64,000 nucleotides of DNA, taken from the NCBI GenBank assembly GCA_903822525.1, contig CAIJPI010000042.1, forward strand, positions 10,621-74,620. The letters are read 5' to 3'. The stretch comes from an uncultured Bacteroidales bacterium (GTDB lineage: Bacteria; Bacteroidota; Bacteroidia; Bacteroidales; UBA4417). Positions within the stretch are counted from its first letter, which is position 1. Every line of letters begins with the position of its first letter. The notes beneath the pieces were generated by a model that saw only the letters and a list, made by a program, of their open reading frames with translations, did no database searches and had not been told where the DNA came from. Below, piece by piece: positions 27,487 to 37,278 of the stretch. The translations under genes and the position numbers were made by a program.

Positions 27487-27805
27487 TTCGGTAACAAATT
27501 TAATATAATCCTTGTCAATCTGTCATATTGATGCACGAATCTGACATTTTTTATCATTTAAAGATTTATACAATTGCAAAATATATTTTTAATATTGACC
27601 AGGATAAAATATTCTGTAACACTTTATGTAATTGAAAAACAATATAATAATTATCATTTGTCAATGATCTTAACCCCTTAGGTTCATAGTGTTAACATTA
27701 ATTAACAAGGGTGTGGAAACTAATGGTATTATCCTTGCGTTATAAGGCAGGACTTACTCAAAACCTTGAGTATTATTAATTAAATTCCATAAATTGTTAA
27801 CTTAA

Positions 27806-29269
27806 ATGAACGAAAAAATGAAAAAGTACGCAGGTTTTTTTCTGATGGCAGTCTTAGGGGGATTATTTGCTTTGGGCGGTTCAGCCCTCATGCAAAAAAG
27901 CACTGAAACAGTAAGAGGTGTGCCGCAACAAACCACTCCGGCACAACTTGCAAGCATGACAGGGCTTACTGCTGCATATCCCGATTTTACTGTTCCGGCA
28001 AGCAATTCAATACATGCAGTTGTGCATATCAAAACAGAATATGCCCGCAAAAATAGCATGTACGATAACTTCTTTAATTTTCACGATTTTTTTGGTGATG
28101 CTCCTTTTGGACAGCAAGGCCCATTGCAAGGTGCAGGATCGGGTGTTATAATCTCAGCCGACGGATTTATAGTTACAAATAACCATGTTGTACAGGATGC
28201 AAGTAAGATCGAAATCGTATTAAATGATAAGCGATCCTACGAAGGGACTGTTGTTGGTACCGATGTGTCGACCGACCTTGCTGTTGTGAGAATAAAGGAG
28301 AGCAACCTCCCTTTCCTCACGTATGGAAATTCTGATGAATTACAGATAGGCGAATGGGTACTTGCAGTCGGGAATCCTTTCAATCTTACCAGTACGGTAA
28401 CTGCTGGAATTGTTAGCGCCAAAGCGCGTAATATCAATATTTTAGGAACACCCGATGGAACTTCTATTGAATCCTTTATTCAAACGGATGCAGCAGTTAA
28501 CCGTGGTAACAGCGGAGGTGCACTTGTAAACACCAGGGGTGAACTTGTTGGGATCAATGCAGCAATTGCCAGCGGCAATGGTTTCTATGCAGGGTATTCT
28601 TTTGCAATTCCTGTTAATATTGTTAAGAAAGTAGTTGGCGACCTGGTTGATTACCATGAGGTTCAACGCGCATTTCTTGGCGTCATTATTCAGGAGATCG
28701 ATAGTAAGTTAGCTCAGGAGCTGGGAATTAAAGAACTTAAAGGTGTATATGTTTCGGATGTAAACGACGGTAGTGCAGCCAAAGAAGCAGGAATCACAAA
28801 AGGTAACATCATTACATCAATAAATAAGATTCCTGTTAACAGTACTTCCGAATTACTTGAGCAGATTAGTCGTTATCGTCCCGGTGAAAAGATACCTGTT
28901 GGCATTTCTGATGATGGTACCGAAAAAATAATTAACGTTACCTTACGGAACCGGGAAGGGAATACAAGCCTTGTTGAAAGCAAAACAAAAGATGTATTGC
29001 CAAGGCTGGGAGCTAAAATACACCCTGCTTCTGCTGATTTACTTCGTAAACTTGGAATTGATCATGGAGTACAGGTAACTGATATAGGCGAAGGCCTGTT
29101 GCAGAATGCAGGTATCCGCGAAGGCTATGTTATAACTGAAATTGATAAAAAACCAATTCATACTGCAGATGATGTAAATAAGATATTGTCCAATAAAAGT
29201 GGAGGGGTTCTGCTCGAAGGTGTTTATCCTAACAGAGTCAGAGCCTACTATGGATTTGGACTTAACTAG
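27806..29269 (+). CDS. htrA: Do/HtrA family serine endopeptidase with two PDZ domains
   Basis: Signal/anchor sequence; TNNHVV (His), DLAVV (Asp), GNSGGALV (Ser); two PDZ-like regions follow. Confidence 0.92.
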   Translation: MNEKMKKYAGFFLMAVLGGLFALGGSALMQKSTETVRGVPQQTTPAQLASMTGLTAAYPDFTVPASNSIHAVVHIKTEYARKNSMYDNFFNFHDFFGDAPFGQQGPLQGAGSGVIISADGFIVTNNHVVQDASKIEIVLNDKRSYEGTVVGTDVSTDLAVVRIKESNLPFLTYGNSDELQIGEWVLAVGNPFNLTSTVTAGIVSAKARNINILGTPDGTSIESFIQTDAAVNRGNSGGALVNTRGELVGINAAIASGNGFYAGYSFAIPVNIVKKVVGDLVDYHEVQRAFLGVIIQEIDSKLAQELGIKELKGVYVSDVNDGSAAKEAGITKGNIITSINKIPVNSTSELLEQISRYRPGEKIPVGISDDGTEKIINVTLRNREGNTSLVESKTKDVLPRLGAKIHPASADLLRKLGIDHGVQVTDIGEGLLQNAGIREGYVITEIDKKPIHTADDVNKILSNKSGGVLLEGVYPNRVRAYYGFGLN

Positions 29270-29288
29270 GTATTCCTTTTTAAAACCT

Positions 29289-29340
29289 ATACACGGTTCG
29301 ATTTAACAGAATTTTAAAACAAACCGTGTATTTCTTTGTT
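29289..29340 (+). terminator. Hairpin terminator candidate downstream of htrA
   Basis: ATACACGGTT (29289-29298) pairs with AACCGTGTAT (29322-29331) and is followed by a T-rich tract. The loop is long (23 nt). Confidence 0.4.
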
Positions 29341-29453
29341 TCAATACAAAGGTTAAAAGGAGTTTCTTCCGATTTTCCATAAAACAGGTATTCAGGCATT
29401 AAACCGCTCCGGGGAATGTTCAGTTTAATGACAATATTATAAAGATAAGGGTC

Positions 29454-30320
29454 ATGAGACAATTAAAAATAACCAAATCGATTACCAATCGGGAAACTGC
29501 TTCCCTGGATAAATATCTCCAGGATATTGGAAAGGAATCTCTTATTACTGCCGATGAAGAAGTTGAACTGGCTCGGAAGATCAGAACCGGAGACCAAAAA
29601 GCACTCGATAAATTGTGTAGGGCTAACCTCAGGTTTGTAGTTTCGGTTGCAAAGCAATACCAGAATCAAGGACTCAGTCTTCCTGACCTGATAAATGAAG
29701 GAAATGTTGGCCTGATCAAAGCCGGACAACGTTTTGACGAAACCCGTGGATTTAAATTTATTTCATATGCAGTATGGTGGATTCGACAATCCATACTTCA
29801 GGCACTTGCCGAGCAGTCACGTATGGTTCGTTTACCATTAAATCAGGTTGGCTCACTCAATAAAATCAAGAAAGAGACTTCACGCCTCGAACAAAAGTTT
29901 GAACGCCTACCTTCAGCCGAAGAATTAGCCGAAGCTTTAGACCTTCCAGGCTATAAGATTGATGCAGCCATGAGAATAACAACACGTTATATTTCGATGG
30001 ATGCTCCTTTGGTCGACGACGAGGATACCCGGTTTATTGACGTGTTTGTTGATGAAGATACTCCTTTTACCGATGCCGGGCTTATGCGTGAATCACTGGC
30101 CATGGAAATTCAGCGGTCGCTTTCAACCCTCTCAGAGAAGGAAAGAGATGTTATTAACCTGTATTATGGCATTGGAATACCTCATGGGCTTACACTTGAA
30201 GAAATCGCTGTAAAATTTGATCTTACTCGCGAACGTGTGCGCCAGATTAAAGAAAAAGCTATTCGCCGGCTTAAGCACAACTCCAGGAGTAAATTGTTGA
30301 AGTCGTATCTTGGGCAGTAG
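29454..30320 (+). CDS. rpoD: Primary RNA polymerase sigma factor (Bacteroidota sigma-A type)
   Basis: 288 aa. Region 2 reads [18 protein letters not shown]...YAVWWIRQ. Region 4 reads [27 protein letters not shown]. Confidence 0.93.
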   Translation: MRQLKITKSITNRETASLDKYLQDIGKESLITADEEVELARKIRTGDQKALDKLCRANLRFVVSVAKQYQNQGLSLPDLINEGNVGLIKAGQRFDETRGFKFISYAVWWIRQSILQALAEQSRMVRLPLNQVGSLNKIKKETSRLEQKFERLPSAEELAEALDLPGYKIDAAMRITTRYISMDAPLVDDEDTRFIDVFVDEDTPFTDAGLMRESLAMEIQRSLSTLSEKERDVINLYYGIGIPHGLTLEEIAVKFDLTRERVRQIKEKAIRRLKHNSRSKLLKSYLGQ

Positions 30321-30404
30321 TTTTATGCAGTAAGACAGACTGCAATTTTTATCGTGTTTCAATACACGTATCGAATTGAAAGCATGTATTGAATTGATTA
30401 CTTG

Positions 30405-30435
30405 AAAAGGCTATTCTTTGGAGTAGCCTTTTTTT
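30405..30435. terminator. Bidirectional rho-independent terminator between rpoD and acr3
   Basis: AAAAGGCTATTC-TTTG-GAGTAGCCTTTTTTT: a 9-bp stem flanked by A and T runs, between convergent genes. Confidence 0.7.
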
Positions 30436-31507
30436 ATGCGAAGTATTTCTTTTTGAAATAAAATGCCACACTAACCAATCCAATCATCACCGGGACTTCA
30501 ACTAACGGGCCAATAACGGCTGCAAAAGCTTCACCGGAATTCATTCCGAAAATTGCAATGGCAACAGCTATAGCCAGTTCGAAATTGTTACTGGCGGCTG
30601 TAAACGACAGTGTAACGGATTGCCCATAGTTTGCGCCTACTTTCATGCTCATAAAAAATGATATTACAAACATTACCACAAAATATATCAGCAATGGTAT
30701 AGCTATCATCACAACATCGAGCGGGATCTTAATAATATATTCTCCTTTCAAAGAGAACATTACAACTATGGTAAATAAGAGCGCAATCAACGTTATTGGG
30801 CTGATTCTGGGAATAAATTTGGTATGATACCATTCTTTGCTCTTAACCCGGATTAGTATGTAACGTGTCAGAAATCCGGCAATAAAAGGTATTCCCAGGT
30901 AAATGAAAACACTCTCAGCAATCTGGCCGATAGTTATAGATTCGACGGCATTGCTGGTCGGTATTCCAAACCATCCGGGGAGAACGGCAATAAAAAAATA
31001 AGCGTAGACGGAGAAAAACAGTACCTGGAAAATACTGTTGAAGGCAACCAGCCCTGCTGCATACTGAGTGTCACCTTTTGCAAGATCGTTCCATACTATG
31101 ACCATGGCAATGCAACGTGCTAGCCCTATCATAATAATTCCATACATGTAGGGGAGATTTGCGTTGTTCTCTCCGGGAAATATTTTGAACACTGTAATGG
31201 CAAGGGCAAACATAAGTACTGGGCCGATAATCCAGTTTTGTACCAACGAAAGCAATAGTACTTTCCAATTGCTGAATACGTCGCCTAACTCTTCGTATTT
31301 TACTTTAGCCAATGGGGGGTACATCATCAGTATCAAACCAATGGCAATTGGAATATTCGTAGTGCTTTCCGGTGATGTTTTAAGTGATTCCCAGAATCGG
31401 GCAATGACAGGGAACAAGTAGCCTGATAAAACGCCAATAGCCATGGCAAGGAAAATCCAAAGTGTTAGATAACGATCGAGAAATTTCAAACGGGGTTGAG
31501 ATGGCAT
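30434..31507 (-). CDS. acr3: ACR3 family arsenite efflux transporter
   Basis: 357 aa with the N-terminus [20 protein letters not shown] and a polytopic BART-superfamily pattern. It is the last gene of the ars operon. Confidence 0.88.
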   Translation of the reverse strand: MPSQPRLKFLDRYLTLWIFLAMAIGVLSGYLFPVIARFWESLKTSPESTTNIPIAIGLILMMYPPLAKVKYEELGDVFSNWKVLLLSLVQNWIIGPVLMFALAITVFKIFPGENNANLPYMYGIIMIGLARCIAMVIVWNDLAKGDTQYAAGLVAFNSIFQVLFFSVYAYFFIAVLPGWFGIPTSNAVESITIGQIAESVFIYLGIPFIAGFLTRYILIRVKSKEWYHTKFIPRISPITLIALLFTIVVMFSLKGEYIIKIPLDVVMIAIPLLIYFVVMFVISFFMSMKVGANYGQSVTLSFTAASNNFELAIAVAIAIFGMNSGEAFAAVIGPLVEVPVMIGLVSVAFYFKKKYFA

Positions 31508-31547
31508 AGTGCTTGGTTTAAAGTTTAAGAGTAGGTTTTCTGTCGTT

Positions 31548-32246
31548 TTACAAAAAATAGACTGTTATAAAGTAAGATCCGGTGAGGATAAATAGCATTG
31601 CCACTATTCGCCTGAACCACACTTCGAAATACTTGATCTTGTTATAGGTTTTGCCAATACCACCAATACTGAATGCCAGCAGGTACGCTAACAGAATTAC
31701 CGGCAAGCCAGTGGCAATGGCAAAATCAGGTAGTAACAGTAGCCCGGCAGATTGCGATAAAACCATAGGCATTAGCATTCCAAAGTATAAAACTCCGCTG
31801 TATGGGCAAAAAGCAAGGGCAAGGATCAATCCAAGAAAAAAAGCGCCCCATCCGTGCCCAAATTTTACTTTATCAGCAAAGCGTTGCAGGATATTACCCG
31901 ATAAAGCAGGTATTCTGAAGAAATCAAGCATGAATATCCCTATAACAATCAGCAAAGGTCCTATCCATTTTTCACCATTTGCCTGTATGGCCCTGCTAAT
32001 ATGAAACTTACTGGCTCCGAAGAAAATAACTGATCCCAGCAAGGTATATGTAAGTGTCCTTCCAAGTGTATAATACAGCCCGTTCAGGAAAACTGTCTTC
32101 CGGTTCTGAACATCCTTGCTGATATATGCTAATGCCGTAATATTAGTAGCCAGTGGACATGGGCTGATGGCAGTCATTAAACCCAGCAGGAAGGCCGTAA
32201 AAAAAGGAAAAGTGCTCTGGTCAATGAGGTTCTGAAGAAAATCCAT
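31548..32246 (-). CDS. CcdA/DsbD-family membrane thiol-disulfide transporter (the family sometimes labelled ArsG)
   Basis: A 6-TM protein with the two conserved membrane cysteines (AISPCPLA and LAFCPYSG). Confidence 0.75.
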   Translation of the reverse strand: MDFLQNLIDQSTFPFFTAFLLGLMTAISPCPLATNITALAYISKDVQNRKTVFLNGLYYTLGRTLTYTLLGSVIFFGASKFHISRAIQANGEKWIGPLLIVIGIFMLDFFRIPALSGNILQRFADKVKFGHGWGAFFLGLILALAFCPYSGVLYFGMLMPMVLSQSAGLLLLPDFAIATGLPVILLAYLLAFSIGGIGKTYNKIKYFEVWFRRIVAMLFILTGSYFITVYFL

Positions 32247-32257
32247 GGTAATGTCGG

Positions 32258-32656
32258 TTATTTTAAGTTTTTCTCAATCTCAGCTTTTAATCCGCTGATA
32301 AATTTCTCTGCCTGGTTACGTGAATAGCTGAATGCAAAGTTTGTGAAGTCGATAGTGCTTTCCTTTTTGCCATTTATGCTGGTTAGAAAAAGGGATGAGC
32401 CTTCGGCTTCATACTTCTCAACCATATTTATGTTTTTAGTGTCTTCAACATTCAGAACCTGAAAAGAAATTGTGCCATCTTTCAACTGCTTGGCGAAATA
32501 AGTATTGAGTGTTTTTTTTGTGTTATCTTCTATTGAAATGCATGTCGGACACCGCCGTTCCGAATGAAAGTAAATAATTTTCAGTTTGGTCTGTTTCTGG
32601 GCGAAAACCGCAGCAGTTGCGAGAAACAGTATTATAAATAAAAAGCTCTTTTTCAT
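32258..32656 (-). CDS. Secreted thioredoxin-fold protein with CPTC motif (the family sometimes labelled ArsF)
   Basis: Signal peptide plus SERRCPTCISIE. Length is 132 aa. Confidence 0.65.
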   Translation of the reverse strand: MKKSFLFIILFLATAAVFAQKQTKLKIIYFHSERRCPTCISIEDNTKKTLNTYFAKQLKDGTISFQVLNVEDTKNINMVEKYEAEGSSLFLTSINGKKESTIDFTNFAFSYSRNQAEKFISGLKAEIEKNLK

Positions 32657-32672
32657 AATAAGGATTTTTAGA

Positions 32673-32909
32673 TCAGGGTTTTGTAAGCAGTTCTTTAATT
32701 TCTTTTACGGAAGGTACTCTGCCATATAGCAGCACTTTTTCATCTACAACAAGCGCAGGGGTTCGCATAATACCATAACCCATAATTTTGGTTATATCTT
32801 CCTCTTTAACCACTGTGGCTTCAATGTTAAGTTCTGCAACGGCTTCGCGTGTGGCTTTTTCGAGGTTACGGCAATTGGAGCAACCGGTTCCCAGTATTTT
32901 GATTTCCAT
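32673..32909 (-). CDS. Small thioredoxin-like redox-active disulfide protein
   Basis: 78 aa; MEIKILGTGCSNCRNLE contains a CxxC motif. Confidence 0.8.
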   Translation of the reverse strand: MEIKILGTGCSNCRNLEKATREAVAELNIEATVVKEEDITKIMGYGIMRTPALVVDEKVLLYGRVPSVKEIKELLTKP

Positions 32910-32947
32910 TTTGTAAAGGTTTTTAATAGTTTAGATTATGAAAAATG

Positions 32948-33991
32948 TCAGAATATAAAGTTAAACAAGAATCCGACAAGTATAATACCTGTACCCACAA
33001 CCCCAATAAAGGTAAAAATAAGGGGCAATTTAAGCACTTTACGCAGTATGATCATTTCAGGTAGCGATAATCCTATCACCGACATCATAAAAGCTAATGC
33101 GGTTCCAAGGGCTGCTCCTTTTTCAATCAAAGCTGAAACTATTGGTATTATTCCTGCAGCATTTGAATACAGCGGTATACCTATCAGAACAGAGAGAGGC
33201 ACTGAATACCAGGCCGATTTACCCATAAAGGCAGCAAGAAAATCCTCCGGAACATATCCATGAACTCCTGCACCGACGCCAATTCCAATAAGAATGTAAA
33301 TCCAGACTTTCCCGACAATTTCTTTAACAGCTTCAAATCCGCGGTTCACCCGGTCATGAAGGCTCAGCTTTTCATCTTCAGGGTGCTGACCTGTTTTCAC
33401 GGTATAAACCCAGTCTTCGACCCATTTCTCCAGGTGTAGCTTCCCGATTACCCACCCTGCTGATATGGCTATTATTAATCCTGTTACAACATATATCAGC
33501 GCCGTTTTCCAGCCGAACAAGCCGAAAAGCAGAACAATAGCAACCTCATTTATCATAGGTGCTGCTATCAGAAAGGAGAATGTTACTCCCAACGGTATTC
33601 CCGATTCAATAAATCCAAGGAAAAGCGGTATTGCCGAGCAGGAGCAAAATGGTGTTACAATTCCCAACGATGCAGCCATTACATTTCCTGTAAAAAGCGA
33701 TTTTCCTTCCAGAGCCTTGCGTGTGCGTTCAGGCGAAAAATAAGTGCGTATAATGCCAACAATAAAAATAATAAGTGTTAGTAAAAGCAAGACTTTGGGC
33801 ACTTCAAAAATAAAGAACCTCATTGCTTCGGTAAAGTGCTTTCCTGCAGGCATGCCAAGAATATTTAATACCAACTCATTGGAGAACCAGCTCAGGTTGT
33901 AATATAGGATTACCCATAAAGGAAGCAGCAGGACAGGGGCATACTTTCTGACATTGCCGATATTTATTAGTGGCTTTCTGTTATCCATCAC
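32948..33991 (-). CDS. arsP: Two-domain permease (ArsP-type organoarsenical permease family)
   Basis: Polytopic protein with the TPFCSCSAIPL cysteine-pair motif typical of this permease family. It overlaps the arsR stop. Confidence 0.75.
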   Translation of the reverse strand: MMDNRKPLINIGNVRKYAPVLLLPLWVILYYNLSWFSNELVLNILGMPAGKHFTEAMRFFIFEVPKVLLLLTLIIFIVGIIRTYFSPERTRKALEGKSLFTGNVMAASLGIVTPFCSCSAIPLFLGFIESGIPLGVTFSFLIAAPMINEVAIVLLFGLFGWKTALIYVVTGLIIAISAGWVIGKLHLEKWVEDWVYTVKTGQHPEDEKLSLHDRVNRGFEAVKEIVGKVWIYILIGIGVGAGVHGYVPEDFLAAFMGKSAWYSVPLSVLIGIPLYSNAAGIIPIVSALIEKGAALGTALAFMMSVIGLSLPEMIILRKVLKLPLIFTFIGVVGTGIILVGFLFNFIF

Positions 33992-34304
33992 AAATTATTT
34001 TTTGAACTGATTTCTCAGAAAGAAAAGTATCAATAAGTTGTTTCGCAATCAACCAGTTTTCCTTGTTGATACAATACTTAATAAATGGAGGATTAATTTC
34101 ACCCTGTATCAGTCCAGCCTGCTTAAGTTCCTTCAGATGCTGGGAGAGAGTGGATAGTGCGATAGGGAATTCGTCAGCAATATTGCTGCTGTAACAGCAA
34201 TCCTGCTTTGAAAGGATTTCGAGTATTTTTATTCGTGCAGGGTGCCCGAGTGCTTTAGCAAAACGTGCCAGTTTAACCTGATCTTCAGTATAGGGTGTTT
34301 TCAA
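33981..34304 (-). CDS. arsR: ArsR/SmtB family transcriptional regulator
   Basis: 107 aa; FAKALGHPARIKILEIL...CCYSSNIADEF...LSQHLKELKQAGL (winged HTH with a metal/metalloid-binding CC pair). Confidence 0.88.
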   Translation of the reverse strand: MKTPYTEDQVKLARFAKALGHPARIKILEILSKQDCCYSSNIADEFPIALSTLSQHLKELKQAGLIQGEINPPFIKYCINKENWLIAKQLIDTFLSEKSVQKIICDG

Positions 34305-34456
34305 TCTTCATTTAGTATTTCGCAAAAATACGAAATATAATTATATCCATTATTTTTTATCGATTTAAATATTTTTTTATTGATTAGTACGCAGCAAAGG
34401 TGATTCTGGAGCTCTTCAGGCTTAATAAATGGAAAAAATGTATATAAATGCAACAG

Positions 34457-34475
34457 GTGTATAAAAAATATACAC
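34457..34475. promoter_or_regulatory. Perfect inverted repeat GTGTATA-N5-TATACAC plus additional GTGTA half-sites (candidate activator or ArsR site)
   Basis: GTGTATAAAAAATATACAC lies about 150 nt upstream of the sigma54-like promoter and about 150 nt upstream of arsR. GTGTAT and GTGTAA recur at about 34512 and 34529. Confidence 0.35.
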
Positions 34476-34620
34476 ACTCATTTAATGGACTGAACAACAA
34501 TCGTTTGCATTGTGTATTCTGAAGAGGTGTGTAATTATTCAACATATCTATTGTTTATTTATTAAACACATAAATTTGTAATAAACAGAATATCAAACAG
34601 ATACGATTCGTTTTATGCTT

Positions 34621-34636
34621 TGGCACTGTAATTGAA
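34621..34636 (+). promoter_or_regulatory. Candidate sigma54 (-24/-12) promoter
   Basis: TGGCACTGTAATTGAA compared with consensus TGGCAC-N5-TTGCA: the -24 element is exact, spacing is exact, and -12 reads TTGA instead of TTGC. It ends 35 nt before the ATG at 34672. An NtrC-type activator is encoded 4.5 kb downstream. Confidence 0.5.
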
Positions 34637-34671
34637 TAGCTAAATGTAAAGGAATTGAAAATCCAAAGATC

Positions 34672-36357
34672 ATGAAAACAAAACAATTATTACCCGTCGT
34701 AATTATGCTGCTAGCCCTGAGCAGCAAACTAAGCAGTCAGGAAATTACTGCTAAAAATGGGGAAGAGCAACAAAGCATTCCAGCCATACAGTGCACTCCC
34801 GACCTGTATCAATTGAGTTCAAACTGGGCCAGTGTTTACAACAGTCGAAATCCTGAGTCCAAAATCAGGATCGAAAATGTGGCCGAAAATAAAACCGGTT
34901 CAGGAATGGGTGAAACGATAAGTATCATTAAAGCTGGTAATACTGATGAATTGACTAATGAAAAGAACTGGAAAATAGTAGTAGGAAGGAATGTTATTGT
35001 TCCTGTTATAAATACTGAAAATCCGTTTATGAGCGATATTCTGCTCAGAGGTGTTTCATCCAAACGGTTTTCTCAGTTTTTCAATAATCCCGATAAGGAG
35101 TTTTGGGGAACTCTGCTTCCAGGCCAGCAGAAGGCTCCTGTGCATATTTATATGGTTAACGATGAATCCGTCAAAACAGCAGTGGCTGAATTCCTGGGGA
35201 CAAAAAATCTGCCACTTACGGGAATTTCGTTTGTAACAAAAGAAGAAATTGTCAGTGCTGTTAAGCTGGATCCATATGCTGTAGGGTTCTGCAACCTTGT
35301 TGATGTATTGGATGTGGACACCCGCAGCCTTGCTGAAAATATCCGATTACTGCCCGTTGATAAAAATAGCAACGGTACTATCGATTATATGGAAGACATA
35401 TATAGTGATGCAAATACATTTCTGAGAGGTGTGTGGATTGGTAAGTATCCCAAAACACTGTATACTAATATTTATGCGGTAAGTAAAGTTCAACCTGTAA
35501 ATGAAGCTGAGCTCAGTTATTTAAAATGGATACTGAATGATGGTCAGCAATATCTGAATAAAAATGGATATTGCGATCTCGCCGGCAGCGAAAGTCAATC
35601 GCAACTTGATAAAATTAATACAACAGTTGTAAGTATTCCAACAACTACAGCAAAATCATCTGTTGTTGGAATTTTATTGCTCATCCTGGGAATAGTTATA
35701 TCAGTAGGTGTTATCACCTTTAAGATTATCCGTGCCTACCGGAATCAGGAGAGTATAATTCCCGATTTCAGTATTCAGTCAGCAGGATTCGACGAGAATA
35801 CTGTTGCTGTGCCTGCCGGACTTTATTTTGATAAAACTCACACATGGGCATTTATGGAAAAAGATGGCGATGTAACAATAGGGTTAGATGATTTTCTGCA
35901 ACATATTACAGGTCCGATAAATCGTATCGTGATGAAGAATCAGGGCGAAAGGATCAAAAAAGGTGATCTGCTCTTCACTATTATCCAGAATGGAAAGCAG
36001 CTAAATCTCTACTCTCCTGTTTCAGGAATTATAAGAAAACAAAATGATCTGCTTACCAAAGACTCGTCATATCTGAACACGGCTCCTTACTCAGAAGGAT
36101 GGGTATACCAGATAGAGCCCGGCAACTGGCATAAAGAAATACAGTTTATGGATATGGCCATGCAATACAGGAAATGGTTGAATACCGAATTCTCAAGAGT
36201 AAAAGATTTTCTTGCAGCCACCTTAAAGCCTGACAGCCTGCAATATTCGCATGTAGTTCTTCAGGATGGGGGTGTGTTAAAGGAAGGTATTCTGAATGAT
36301 TTCGGTCCCGAAGTATGGGACGACTTCCAGACGAATTTTCTGGACATATACAAATAG
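34672..36357 (+). CDS. Fusion protein: signal peptide + PstS-like periplasmic binding domain + TM helix + cytoplasmic glycine-cleavage-H-fold domain
   Basis: N-terminal signal MKTKQLLPVVIMLLALSS. PBP-like stretches (VVGRNVIVPVINTENP, DPYAVGFCN, LKWILNDGQQYL). TM helix VVGILLLILGIVISVGVITFKII followed by RAYR. C-terminal YFDKTHTWAF...VTIGLDDFLQHITG...KKGDLLFTIIQNGKQLNLYSPVSG...PYSEGWVYQIEP aligns collinearly with GcvH. Confidence 0.6.
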   Translation: MKTKQLLPVVIMLLALSSKLSSQEITAKNGEEQQSIPAIQCTPDLYQLSSNWASVYNSRNPESKIRIENVAENKTGSGMGETISIIKAGNTDELTNEKNWKIVVGRNVIVPVINTENPFMSDILLRGVSSKRFSQFFNNPDKEFWGTLLPGQQKAPVHIYMVNDESVKTAVAEFLGTKNLPLTGISFVTKEEIVSAVKLDPYAVGFCNLVDVLDVDTRSLAENIRLLPVDKNSNGTIDYMEDIYSDANTFLRGVWIGKYPKTLYTNIYAVSKVQPVNEAELSYLKWILNDGQQYLNKNGYCDLAGSESQSQLDKINTTVVSIPTTTAKSSVVGILLLILGIVISVGVITFKIIRAYRNQESIIPDFSIQSAGFDENTVAVPAGLYFDKTHTWAFMEKDGDVTIGLDDFLQHITGPINRIVMKNQGERIKKGDLLFTIIQNGKQLNLYSPVSGIIRKQNDLLTKDSSYLNTAPYSEGWVYQIEPGNWHKEIQFMDMAMQYRKWLNTEFSRVKDFLAATLKPDSLQYSHVVLQDGGVLKEGILNDFGPEVWDDFQTNFLDIYK

Positions 36358-36408
36358 TCAACAATTCAATAACACATAATATTAGGTTTATCAAAAAAAA
36401 ATAAGATC

Positions 36409-37278
36409 ATGGATTTACATCGTCGTGATTTCTTTAAAGTACTTGGCGCAACCGGAATTACTCTGGCAGTTGGAAAAGAACTGAACGCAGCTCCCAAATC
36501 GAAAAACGAAATGGAATTCCACGGAGTTCTATACGATTCAGCCCGTTGCACAGGCTGTCGAGGCTGCGAATATGATTGCGCCGAGGCTAATAATTTACCT
36601 GAGCCTATTCCAACAAAACAAATTAAGGGCTTACGAAAGACGGATGAAGCCAGAAGGACCGTTGTGAATGAATTCAACACATCGAAAGGTAAAGTATACT
36701 CTAAAATGCAGTGTATGCATTGCAATGAGCCTGCCTGTGCATCCGCATGTCTTACACAGGCAATGAGTAAAACAAAAGATGGTCCTGTGATATGGAGAGG
36801 CGACAAATGTATGGGATGCAGGTACTGCATGGTTTCATGCCCATTTGATATGCCAAAGTTCGAATACCATAGTCCGAATCCGAAGATTCAAAAATGCACC
36901 ATGTGTTTTGATACCAGGGTGCAAAAAGGTGAATTACCTGCTTGTGTCGAAAACTGCCCTAATGAAGCACTTACTTTTGGTTCACGCAGGGAGTTGATAC
37001 AGGAAGCACGACGAAGAATTTATGAGAAACCAGATCTGTATTTTGATCAGATATATGGTGAACATGAAGCCGGCGGAACCTGCTGGCTCTATATTTCGCC
37101 TGTGCCATTCAGCGAAATAGGGATGAATACAAGCATCCAAAAGGCTTCTTATCCTGAATTGACAAAAGGATTTCTATATACAGTGCCAAGTGTTTTTGTG
37201 CTGGTGCCAGCACTTTTACTTGGCGTACAACAAGCAACAAAAAAGGAAAATTCAACAACAGACATTGAAAATGAATAA
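36409..37278 (+). CDS. Tat-exported 4x[4Fe-4S] ferredoxin-type subunit (HybA/NrfC/DsrO-like) with C-terminal membrane anchor
   Basis: Twin-arginine signal HRRDFFKVLGA. Four Cys clusters (CTGCRGCEYDC, CMHCNEPACASAC, CMGCRYCMVSCP, CTMC...CVENCP). C-terminal hydrophobic helix VPSVFVLVPALLLGV. Confidence 0.85.
   Translation: MDLHRRDFFKVLGATGITLAVGKELNAAPKSKNEMEFHGVLYDSARCTGCRGCEYDCAEANNLPEPIPTKQIKGLRKTDEARRTVVNEFNTSKGKVYSKMQCMHCNEPACASACLTQAMSKTKDGPVIWRGDKCMGCRYCMVSCPFDMPKFEYHSPNPKIQKCTMCFDTRVQKGELPACVENCPNEALTFGSRRELIQEARRRIYEKPDLYFDQIYGEHEAGGTCWLYISPVPFSEIGMNTSIQKASYPELTKGFLYTVPSVFVLVPALLLGVQQATKKENSTTDIENE

Noticed and set aside
36366-36830. A 154-aa minus-strand ORF antisense to the HybA-like gene. 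Similar antisense ORFs occur at 49614-50123, 12071-12454, 45851-46204 and 5003-5407.
   Set aside because: Each is entirely nested in antisense within a gene that has strong motif support. None has motifs of its own. These are shadow ORFs.
37190-37270. The upstream start of the NrfD-like ORF, overlapping the Fe-S gene by 89 nt.
   Set aside because: The internal ATG at 37271 gives the classic 8-nt stop/start overlap. The extra 27 residues are just the alternate frame of the Fe-S protein's C-terminal anchor.
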